64,000 bases of DNA from Octopus sinensis (taxonomy: Eukaryota). Positions 1-11,223 of the stretch are shown here, in pieces. A program made the translations under genes and the position numbers. The stretch spans positions 14,570,001 through 14,634,000 of the forward strand of contig NC_043016.1 of NCBI RefSeq assembly GCF_006345805.1. Reading direction: 5' to 3'. Numbering within the stretch: the stretch's first letter is position 1; every line of letters begins with the position of its first letter. The notes beneath the pieces were generated by a model. It did not search any database and was not told the origin of the DNA. It was given only the letters and a program-made list of their open reading frames with translations.

Positions 1-403
1 GAGGATCACAGAAAAATAGCATAGGATATGAAATTAATGAAACTCAATTAAATCTAAAGTCAACATATAACATCTATAAGGTCTTCACCAAAAATTATCC
101 AGATATTTTATTACTTACCTCAATTACAACCAGGTCAAATTTGAAGAAAAATTTCTTGAAAATAGTACCTGTCACCTATGTTTCATACTCTCAACTTCAA
201 CAACCATGTAAACTATACTGACCAAATTTTACTCCCAAAGATGGTACCAAATGGGAGAAAATGACAAAATATCAGAAATCATTTATTTTGACAAAGTTAC
301 CAATTTTGCCCTACTTCCATATAGTAATGATAGAATGATGAAAAATATAGGAGAAAATTAGAAAGAAAAATGGTTTGATTTAATGAAAAACATTTGCATA
401 TAT

Positions 404-1590
404 AGAAACTCTATAAGATGCACCAAGTGTAAGCTATGGACACATAAGAGGTGCAGCAATGTCATAGGAAGGCTAACTTGGAAGATGGTTTTTGTATGTG
501 GCAGATGCTCGGGAGCATTAACCTCTGAAAATCTGCAGAAAACAACTTCCGTCACTTTCCAGGGGGAAAAACTAGAAGTAGTTGATAGCTTCCGTTATCT
601 TGGTGACCAAGTCAGTAGTGGGGGTGGGTGTGCTGAAAGTGTAACGGCTAGAGTAAGAATAGCCTGGGCAAAGTTTAGGGAGCTCTTACCTCTGTTGGTG
701 ACTAAAGGCCTCTCGCTCAGAGTAAAAGGCAGACTGTATGATGCATGTGTACGAACAGCCATGCTACATGGCAGTGAAACATGGGCCGTGACTGCTGAGG
801 ACATGCGTAAGCTCGCGAGAAATGAAGCTAGTATGCTCCGTTGGATGTGTAATGTCAGTGTTCATAGTCGACAGAGTGTAAGTACCTTGAGAGAAAAGTT
901 GGACCTAAGAGGAATCAGATGTTGTGTGCAAGAGAGACGATTGCGCTGGTATGGTCATGTGGTGAGAATGGATGAAGATAGGTTGTGTGAAAAAGTGCCA
1001 CACCCTGGCAGTTGAGGGGACCTGTGGAAGAGGTAGACCCAGGAAAACCTGGGTCGAGGTGGTGAAGCACGACCTTCGAACTCTAGGTCTCACCAAGGAA
1101 ATGACCAGAGACCGAGACCTATGGAAGTATGCTGTGCGTGAGAAGACCCGGCAAGACCAGTGAGAACAATCAAAATCAAATCATATATCAGAAAGCAGGG
1201 GTTAAGTGACCCATCCGTTCGTGTCCGCTGTCAGCCTCGTCTGGCACCCATGCCGGTGATACGTAAAAGCACCATTCGCTCATGGCCGTTTGCCAGCTCT
1301 GCCTGGCCCCGTGTCGGTGGCACGTAAAAGCACCATCCGTTCGTGTTCGTTGCCAGCCTCGCCTGGCCCTGTGCCGGTGACACGTAAAAGCACCGTCCGT
1401 TCGTGGCCGTTTGCCAGCTCTGTCTGGCCCCGTGTTGGTGGCACGTAAAAGCACCATCCGTTCGTGGCCGTTTGCCAGCTCTGTCTGGCCCCGTGTTGGT
1501 GGCACGTAAAAGCACCATCCGTGTCCGTTGCCAGCCTCGGCTGGCCCCCGTGCCGGTGACACGTAAAAGCACCGTCCGCTGACAAATCAA
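404..1590 (+). mobile_element. 5'-truncated RTE-like LINE (family P): RT C-terminal half plus 3' UTR
   Basis: ORFs 383-1015 and 972-1163 (frameshift): PHD-like C2-H-C3 half, LEVVDSFRYLG, LHGSETW, RRLRWYGHVVRM, GRGRPRKTW; followed by a tandem 3' UTR. Confidence 0.92.
1209..1580 (+). repeat. Tandem array of about six 59-62 bp units in the LINE 3' UTR
   Basis: Each unit ends GGTG(G/A)CACGTAAAAGCACC; two unit subtypes alternate roughly A-B-A-B-B-A. Confidence 0.95.
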
Positions 1591-2689
1591 TTCACATGGA
1601 TGATAAATATGTATCAAGGCTGTATTTTCAAGGGTAATTCAGATACATGTGTATCCAAAGTTACTGGGTTTGCTGTGTATATAAATATATTGCTTATTTC
1701 CTTTGGGGTTAGTCAAACGACTTACACATCTTTGATGAAACACCAATAAGGGTTGAAAACCAATTATGGCTGATCATAATTTTTTTCAGTCTATGGAGAA
1801 ATAGTTTTGAAGTCAACTATGTAGGTTTATACACACACACATGCACACATACACGCACGCATGCACGCACACATGCACACGCACACACATACACACACAC
1901 AAATTATGAAATGTCTTTTCAAAGAAAACGTTATAACCTTGAAGATATGTGACCCTATCAAGTGCAAATGGCTCCTTCTAACAACTGAAGTTGTTTTTTG
2001 CCTTTAATTAACAGAACCAATCAATTTCAATTCCACCGAATGATACGTCTTCATATGCCAACTATTTACAGTTAATTATTGTGATAAGATGAAAAAGCAA
2101 TATCCATTCCTGCAGCATTTGAACTCTTGATCGTAACAAAGGTAATGACACATCATAAGACATTTTGTTACCAGCAATATTATTTATTCCCCTAATAACT
2201 AACAGATATTGTTTCTAATTTAGACACAAGGATAGCAAATTTCTGGCAAGTATTAAGCAAATTACATTGATTAGACTGGTAGTTTTTATTTTATTGGCTC
2301 CTGAACGATGAAAGATAACATTGAACTTGGCAGGATTTAAACTCAAAGCAAGAACAAATACCATGAGATTTCTTTTTCTGATCCTTTGAAAATTCTTCAG
2401 GTCCATTGGTCTTAATTATAACTTACAGATAATGATATATTCTTAGGTTTTATCTTTATTTTCTGTCTTATATTGTGACTCAAGTGGACTCCTTTACTTG
2501 GGGTTTTTGTCATCTGTATTAATTGTTTGCCAGTAAGTTTCTTTGGGAAGTATTCTCCATTAATCAATAGCAACAGGCAATCATAAAATCCTTAATATAA
2601 TCCACTTGTTCTGTAAGTATTTTGCAGTATTTTAGGTGCAACCGTTAATGTTTTGTTAATAAATAAATAAATAAATAAATGTTTTATCT

Positions 2690-3365
2690 TTTATCTTTTA
2701 CTTCTTTGAGTCATTAGACTGTGGCCATGCTGGGGCACTGCCTTGAAGAAATTTTAGCTGAATGTATTGACCCCAGGACTTAGTTTATTTTTAAGCCTGA
2801 AGCTTACTCTATCAGAGTCTCTTGCTGAACTGCTGACTTATAGGGACATAAACACACCAACACCAATTGGTAAACGGTGGTGGGAACAAATACAGATGCA
2901 AAGACACAGCAAAGGCCAACCAAAGCCTTGTGAATGGATTTGGTAGACGGAAACTGAAAGAAGCCCGTTATATACATGTATATGTAAGTGTGTCTGTGTT
3001 TGTCCCCCCACCATCACTTGACAACCAATGTTGGTGTATTTATGCCTTGTAACTTAGTGGTTCGGCAAAAGAGACCGATAGAATGACTACTAGGCTTACA
3101 AAGAATAAGTCCTAGGGTCGATTTGTCGACTAAAGGTGGTGGTTCAGCATAGCCTTAGTCAAATGACTGAAACAAGAAAAAGAATAAAAGAATATATATA
3201 TATATATGATGGGCTTCTTTCAGTTTCTGTCTACCAAATCCACTCGCAAGGGTTTTGTTGGTCCGAGGCTACAGTAGAAGACACTTGACCAAGATGCCAT
3301 ACAGTGAGACTGAACTCACATCCATGCAGTAGGGAAGTAAACTTCTTACGACACAGCCACACCTG
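2690..3365. mobile_element. Cluster of three partial copies of tRNA-derived SINE family A (-, +, -)
   Basis: Shared family motifs ggatttggtagacggaaactgaaagaagc and cagtcaaatgactgaaacaag, and their reverse complements. Confidence 0.85.
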
Positions 3366-3944
3366 TACCTATTAATAAAAAAAAATAAATAAATAAAATT
3401 AATAAAACAAAAAAAAATGATAACATTAAAACTCATTAAGTTTTATCTTGATTGATAAGGTACAATAACTTGCTGTTAATAGGACACTGACTCACATATT
3501 ATACATCTAACCAGTGGACACTGCTGTTGGAATGCCTAAGAAGAGCAATCAATATAAACCATTTTGAATATTATTTTAACAAGTTTAAAGTAATTTCTTT
3601 TGTGCTATAAACAATTTGCCATTTCTGTGGTGCCTCACTTCTCTTGATGTGTGCGAAGCATGTACTTATTTTTCCAAATGGCTAATCTAGGTCCGGTGTT
3701 ATTCAATACATTAAACACAAAGGAAAGCATTTAATCTACAACGTGGGACCCTCTGATCTGCAGATATTTAATCTGAGTCTCAACTTATCATTCTGCCTTC
3801 TATCAACACTATCTTCAGTTCAATTCTAGAGTCTCTTACCTTTTAGTTCTTTCCATTGATAACTTTCTGTGTTTATATTGTATATGTGTATACACTGTGT
3901 ATATTATTATGTGATAATGTCAAATGGAAATTGTAGTTGTGATA

Positions 3945-4185
3945 CCTGTGCCGGGAACATGGCCGATGCCAGTGGCGCCTTGACTGGCTTCTGTGTCGGT
4001 GGCATGTAAAAAGCACCAACCGATCGTGGCCGCTGCCAGCCTCTCCTGACCCTTAGTTGGCATTAGGAAGGGCATCCAGCTGTAGAAACATTCCAGATCA
4101 GACTGGAACCTGGTGCAGTCTCCTGGCTTCCCAGACCCCGGTTGAACCGTCCAACCTGTGCTAGCATGGAAAACGGACGTTAAAC

Positions 4186-4225
<40 letters not shown>
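3945..4225 (+). mobile_element. 3' end of family P LINE with (GAT)n tail
   Basis: ggtggcatgtaaaaagcacc, ggcattaggaagggcatccagctgtagaaac, catggaaaacggacgttaaacgatgatgat. Confidence 0.85.
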
Positions 4226-4227
<2 letters not shown>

Positions 4228-4556
4228 TGTATCCTACCATGTCTTTGTGTTTGTACCTATATTTGTATCTTTGAATGTGAGTATACGTATAAATGCGGAT
4301 ATATTTTTCAAGTCTATTTACTTGTATGTGCCAAGTAATTAAACTGTCCTTATTTATGAATATTTGTAGATGTTTCAAACCGGAAATAGTTTTTCTAGGG
4401 GTCACTAACCTTTGTTTTCCACATCACTTTCTGCTCTTCGCTTCCTATCCTTAAACACATTTTTCTTTTGCCTTGCTCCAGACTTTCATTCTTTTTACCT
4501 TCCCTTTACCACTTCTAGCTTTCTCTTCCCAATCCATTGCCTCACTTCTCATACTC

Positions 4557-5017
4557 TCAAAGCTTCCTGTCGGCTGACCATTCCTTTGTTCCCTATTTCA
4601 CCTTCAAATCAGGCCTTCCTCAAGCTTCCTATTTCTTTGTCTGACCATTCCTTTGTTCCCTATTTCACCTTCAAATCAGGCCTTCCTCAAGCTTCCTATT
4701 TCTTTGTCTGACCATTCCTTTGTTCCCTATCACACCTTCAATCAGGCTTCCTCAAGCTTCCTATTTCTTTGTCTGACCATTCCTTTGTTCCCTATTTCAC
4801 CTTCAAATCAGGCCTTCCTCAAGCTTCCTATTTCTTTGTCTGACCATTCCTTTGTTCCCTATTTCACCTTCAAATCAGGCCTTCCTCAAGCTTCCTATTT
4901 CTTTGTCTGACCATTCCTTTGTTCCCTATTTCACCTTCAAATCAGGCCTTCCTCAAGCTTCCTATTTCTTTGTCTGACCATTCCTTTGTTCCCTATTTCA
5001 CCTTCAAATCACGCCTT
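4557..5017. repeat. 67-bp minisatellite, about 6.7 near-identical copies
   Basis: Unit tgaccattcctttgttccctatttcaccttcaaatcaggccttcctcaagcttcctatttctttgtc starts at 4575, 4642, 4709, 4774, 4841, 4908, 4975. Confidence 0.97.
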
Positions 5018-5123
5018 CTCTTTAACTTCTTATTAATTTATTTACTTACAGCCATTCACTCTCACCTTCTTTGTTAGATGAGAGCCAAGCATTCAAAATG
5101 TTAAGTTATTCACATATTTCATA

Positions 5124-5709
5124 GGCGCAGGAGTGGCTGTGTGGTAAGTAGCTTGCTAACAAACCACATGGTTCCAGGTGGCATCTTGGGCAAGTGTCTT
5201 CTGCTATGGCCCCGGGCCGACCAATGCCTTGTGAGTGGATTTGGTAGACGGAAACTGAAAGAAGCCTGTCGTATATATGTATATATATATATGTGTGTGT
5301 GTGTATGTTTGTGTGTCTGTGTTTGTCCCCCTAGCATTGCTTGACAACCAATGCTGGTGTGTTTACGGCCCCGTCACTTAGCGGTTCGGCAAAAGAGACC
5401 GATAGAATAAGTACTGGGTTTACAAAGAAGAAGTCCCGGAGTCGATTTGCTCGACTAAAGGCGGTGCTCCAGCATACAAAAACATATGCACATACATACA
5501 TAGACACACATGCATACATAAACTCACACACATATACATACATACATACATGCATACATACGAATACATACATTCACACACATATACATTCATACATACA
5601 TGATGGCTGCCCCCTCGTTATCGAGTATGGCCATTGCACGAAGCTTAACTGTTATTAGTGCTCCAGCATGGCCGCAGTCAAATGACTGAAACAAGTAAAA
5701 GAGTAAAAG
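5124..5709 (+). mobile_element. Full-length SINE family A copy, interrupted by a 182-bp insertion
   Basis: tRNA-like head ggcgcaggagtggctgtgtggtaag, CORE-like ggcatcttgggcaagtgtctt, tail aaacaagtaaaagagtaaaaga; split at gtgctccagcat. Confidence 0.9.
5476..5657 (-). mobile_element. Short copy of the 3' end plus tail of the neighbouring RTE-A LINE
   Basis: About 3 differences from 6757-6941; flanked by 12-bp direct repeat GTGCTCCAGCAT (5464-5475 and 5658-5669). Confidence 0.9.
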
Positions 5710-6744
5710 AGTCTGTGGAAGTTGGTCGGTGGGAACCAGTTTTGGCGAGAATACAAAGGTAATGAATGCTGCCCCAACGCTTGATTAATTCCATATTTGC
5801 TCTAAAAAAAGGCATTTTTGAAACAAATTGAAATTTACCTACAACTGGAAGTTGTCTTGTGTTTCTACTAAAGTAACAAAGCAAGAAACTTAAAGATGCC
5901 AATCTGTCTGTCTGTCTGTCTGTCTATCTGTTTAAGAAAGGAAGTGGCTTCTTACTTGCTGCTGTAAAATGCACCCTGAATTTTCAATTTTGTTGTGATC
6001 TGGTGGTAATGGGTACCACTCCAAGTGGTCCACTCCAATTTTGTGCTCTTCATATCAATTTTGATTAACATTAACTGTGCAAATAGGTGCTTTATTGTCC
6101 TGGAAGATTGTACCATCCACAGGGATGAACATAATCAACTAAAAACCTTAGCATTAACTCTTCCCTGTAGAACAACTAAAGGACCGAGAGAAGAATTCTG
6201 TGATATCGCAGGCCAAATTATTACAGAATCACCTCTATACTTCATGGTAGGAGGTCAAAGTTGAAGGCTTCATGGGGCTGTCTCCAGACAAACCCTCCAT
6301 GAAGTAAGCAAAAGGGTTACAGATGATTCATCAGAGACGACATTGTTCCATTGAGCCACTGACCCCTACTGGTTGTGTAGACACTATTCTTCCTGTTTAT
6401 CAAGGTTCATGGGCATTTTGGTGTATTCCCATGGTATCTGGCTTTATGGAACTCGTGATGAATGGTTTTAGTTGACACAGGGTTGGTAAAGTAGTGATTT
6501 ACCTCTGTAATCTGCAGTACCAACATGATTCTAGACAGTGTATCCTTTGAAACATTAAACTACCAAATAATTCTAGAGACTGAAACTCCAGCCATCTATG
6601 CTCCAACAATTTGTATTCTTTGGAGATTATGTAGGTCACACATTTTAACTTATTTAGATATAAATATCTGAAGGAAAATAAAAACAAAAAAAACAGAGGG
6701 CTGTATCGTTACATTGTGGAGTACAAAACATACATAATGCATAT

Positions 6745-9700
6745 GAATACATACATACATACAAAAACATATGCACATACATACATAGACACACATGCAT
6801 ACATACACTCACACACATATACATACATACATACATGCATACATATGAATACATACATTCACACACATATACATTCATACATACATGATGGCTGCCCCCT
6901 CATTATCGAGTATGGCCATTGCACGAAGCTTAACTGTTATTGATGCTGTGATCGAATGTGACTTTTTAGCCCAGCTACATATCTACAGTGTCTTGTACAC
7001 ATTTGGCAGCTAAAACCTTTACCAGTAATAGCCGGCTGTAGTTGTAACTGGGCTTAATGTACCTTTGCATGTTGTTTAAGTCCTCCTGCCGAATTACACT
7101 CTCTTCCACATGCCTGACAGATATGATTAGTATGGTGTATTACACCACCACCAGTGGCCAGGTTGTCACTCATCTGTCTCGCTTTATGACTACGAAGATG
7201 ACTCTTGAGTTCAGCTTTACTGAGGCAGGGTCTTGCACAGACACTGCATATCAGCGTCATAGGAAGACCCTTCCCATATGGAAGTGTAACAGCAATGCCC
7301 TTCCTGACATCCCTCCTTACTTCTCATGTGCAACTCGAGATTTCTCTCAAAGTAGCTGTCCCCTCATACACAATCCTTCTCCACCTGCTACGATCAATAG
7401 CTATGCCTTCCCATGTGTCAGGAGGGATGCAAGCATCTCTTAAAGAAGCNNNNNNNNNNNNNNNNNNNNNNNNNNNNNNNNNNNNNNNNNNNNNNNNNNN
7501 NNNNNNNNNNNNNNNNNNNNNNNNNNNNNNNNNNNNNNNNNNNNNNNNNATCTGAGCCTTTGCTTTAATACAAGAGCTTCTATACTTTCACACCGAGAGC
7601 CTTCTAGATATTTCAAGATCACTGATGCGGTCCTTCCACTTAATGCCATAGATCCGTCTGAGGCACATCTGATGGAAACGTTCCAGATGTTTAAGGTGGT
7701 ATCGATATGTGACCCACGTCTTGCAGGCATAGAGAAGAGAAGTGAGCACACATGCCTTGTACACCTTTATCTTTGTCTTTCTGCATATGTTTCGCCGACT
7801 CCAGAGGCGCCTTTCTAGCCTTTCGAAAGCATCACTTGGTTTCCTAATTCTGTATGGAATTTCATCATTCAAATTGCTACATCTATTAACAGTGCTTCCC
7901 AGGTAGACAAACTGATCAACTACATCAAGTCATTTACCATACACATAGATATTTGGTACACTATACTGCTTACCAGGGGCAGGTTGGTACATGACAACTG
8001 TTTTCGTGAGACTGACTGTCAATCCTAAGGCAGTGCAAGCATCAGAGAATGCATTCAAAATGTGTTGCATATCAATCGCTGTGTGCGCTACTAGATCACA
8101 ATCATCTGCATACAAAGGGTCTCTTATGATAGAGGTAAATACCTTTGTTTTTGCAGCAAAGCGCCTGATATTAAATATGCTGCCAGAGGTTTGATAATGG
8201 ATGTAAACACCATATCTGCAGTTTCTGAATGCAATACAGAAAACATCGCAAATATATGGCAAATAGGTCGATACCAGGATATCCTCTGTTTCACTCCATT
8301 TTTATATGAAATGGGCTCCGACTTTTCCCTCTAACATTAACCCTACTCTTCATGTCTTCATGAAAAGACCTAACCAAAGCAAGGAACTCTCAGGACACAC
8401 AAGTTTCTGGAGGACTTTCCACAATGCTTTTCTATTAACGGTAATCAAGGCTTTCATCAGATCGACAAAAACCTGATACAAGTCCAGACCCTGTCCCACA
8501 CACTTCTCCTGAAGCTGTCTAGCTGAAAGATCATATCAGCAGTGTCCACATCCCACATGAAGCCAGATTGACTTTCTGGAAGAACACAATCTGCAACGTT
8601 TTCAGCAGATGATCCAGAAGTACCCTCAAAACCTTTCCTATGACAGAAAGCAATGATACCCTATAATTACCACAATCATTCCTGTTGCCCTTTTCCTAAT
8701 ATCAGACCACCATTACTGTATCTCTCCAGTCCTCAGGTACAGATTCACTAGTCCATATCTTACCAAACAAAGAGTGAAGTTGCTGCAGAAGTTTCTCACC
8801 ACCATGCTGTAACAACTCCGCATGTATGCCATCCATACCCGGAGATTTCCCATTATTCATCCTTGAGACAGCCATTGCAACTTCCTTCAGCTTTGGTGGT
8901 TCTGCGAGTGCTGCCTTCACGGGTAATCCAAGGATGAGATTGAGAACGTCCTCACTAACTACAGACTGCTGATTCAAAAGTTCATCAAAGTGTTCTTGCC
9001 ACCTTCGCAGAATTCCTTGTGAATCATGAAGAAGTTCTTTACCATCCCTGCTTCGAAGTGGTGTCATCAGAGAAGATGTTGGTCCATAAACTTCTTGCAA
9101 GAGACCATACAACAGCTTTGTGTTATTGGAATCTGATGCCGCCTGTATCTCATCAGCCTTCTTACTCCACCACATATCCCTCATCTGAGAGAGCCTTTGC
9201 CTCACACGTGATTTTACATCCTTGAGTTCCCTATGCAACACTTCCCTTTCCTGTGGCTTTGCTGACAAATAGTGTGACAAAGTACATCTTTTATCAGCCA
9301 ATAAATCATCTATATGTTCATCATTTTCTTTAAACCAATTTTGAAGCTTTCTTTGTATCAATCCCAGAACTTTCTTGCCTATATCATAAACTGACTTTTT
9401 AAGGGTTGGCCAATCCTCCCCAATATCTGCAGCATTCATCTCCTCTCATAAAGTTCTCTTCACACTATTACACCTAAGACGATCAACATTCAGCCTTTTA
9501 GGCAGGGTAATCCCTGCAGTCCGGATTTTATGTTTTGTGACTAATTTCACTTTCACAAGTACTAGGCGGTGGTCAGTCCAACACCCAGCTCCACGAAGAA
9601 CATGAACACACTGCACATCCTGCCTCTCATGCACCCTAACAAGGATGTAATCCAGAATATGCCATTCTTTAGATGCAGAGTGCATCCATGTAGTCTTAAA

Positions 9701-11223
9701 CTTATTCTTTTGTTGAAACACGGTATTAGTAACACAGACACAGCTCCTCGTATTTCTGCAGCAAAAGCATGCCATTACTATTACACTTTCCCACCCCATT
9801 CTTTCCAATTACAGTCCATTTGTTAAAATCCCTACCCACTCTAGCATTAAAGTCACCCAGTACGATGACTTTGTTTGCCCGAGGGATAGTTCTTATAATG
9901 CCCTTCAAAGCATGGTAGAAAGAAAGTTTTTCGTCATCAGTATAGCACATAGTTGGAGCATACACACTCACCAAGGTCACTTAATTTCCTTTAACCAAAG
10001 GAATTCTCATGGACATAAGACGCTCGTTAATTCCGACTGGGAATTCTTCCAACTTGTCCACAAGAGTAGTCTTAACAGCAAATGCCACTCCAGCTTCTCC
10101 TCTAAACTCATCTCTCCCTTTCCAAAAGAATGTATATTTTCCACAAGATTCTGTAAGATGACCATCTCCAGGTTGTCTTGTCTCAGATAAAGCAACGATG
10201 TCAAGATCATAGCGTTGAAGCTCCTTCGCAACAAGCGCAGTCCTTCTTTCAGGACATTCAGAGGACTTGCGGTCAAGCAGTGTCCGTACATTCCAACAGC
10301 CAATATTCAATATTTTATTTGGTTCTATCACAGTAGCATGATGATGGCTGGGTTCAGACTGTGATGCTCTGGAGCCCCTGCCAGGCCAGACTATTTCATC
10401 TGATGTGGTTCCAGAGTCCTTACTGCCATTTATTTTTATACTGTTTTGGTACATCATTGAATTTTTTTGCTTTTTAAGGCTACAGCCAGCCATTCAGTTG
10501 AGACTCACAACGATCATGAATTAGTTAATCAATTTAATCAATCAATCAATGTTGTTATCATGCAATGCCTGTGCAAGTAGATTTTTTTTATAGTGAGGAT
10601 AGGCTGTGCACTGAGTCAATCCCACTCACTAAGCAACAGCAGCCATAATCCGAAAAGAAGAACAAGTCAACATCATCGGTAATCAATGAGCTGCAAGTTT
10701 TATGTTGGAGTTATCCCAGTTACCTGAGTTACCTTCTCCTAGAAGGATGCCCTAACAAAGGCTGGGAGTCCTTCACTCCCAATGGTTTAACCGTGTGATC
10801 GGGTATTCAGTCCGATTATTTCTATGTCCCTGCGCATGATACAGCCTGAAAAAAAAAAAGAAACATACGATATATATATATAAAAAAAAACATTGATATA
10901 CAAAATATACATAAAATATATGATGCGAAGTATATAAAAATTTAATAATGAGCAAGCTATAAAAATATACAATATATAAAAATTAGTGAGAAAAAGGCAG
11001 ATATACAGTAAATATATAATTACACATTTATTGGATGGCTGTTGACTCTCAAGAGTTCCTTCACCCTTTGACGGGTTTTGTTTTTCATCCTGCAGGGTGT
11101 CCAATAAACATCTTCCTCACCAAGCAAGCTTGGTGGGGTTGCCGGTTTAGTCGCTGACGGCCCAACCATGCAACAGGTTGTACTGGGTTACATGTTACCA
11201 GTAGCACTCAAAAGTGACCTGAC
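6745..11223 (-). mobile_element. Near full-length decayed RTE/BovB-like LINE (RTE-A)
   Basis: APE endonuclease (NIGCWNVRTLLD, ALSET, LGDFNARVG, DHRLV), RT (GKSPGMDGI, LYADDCDL, YLGS), C-terminal C2H2 fingers; many stops/frameshifts; (TGTA)n-like tail. Confidence 0.95.
7450..7549. other. Assembly gap (100 N) inside RTE-A
   Basis: Run of 100 N; RT sequence is colinear on both sides. Confidence 1.

Noticed and set aside
1300-1560. Pistol or twister ribozyme in the repeat unit
   Set aside because: P1 plus A-rich linker resembles pistol, but the P2/P3 arrangement and GU cleavage site are absent; twister P2 and T1 pairings cannot be formed.
1310-1570. Cluster of TACGTG hypoxia-response-like motifs on minus
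   Set aside because: Fully explained as part of the LINE repeat unit; no independent evidence of regulatory use.
1209-1580. CRISPR-like repeat/spacer appearance of the 3' UTR arrays
   Set aside because: The spacers are homologous to each other and position-specific across LINE copies; eukaryotic context; no cas genes.
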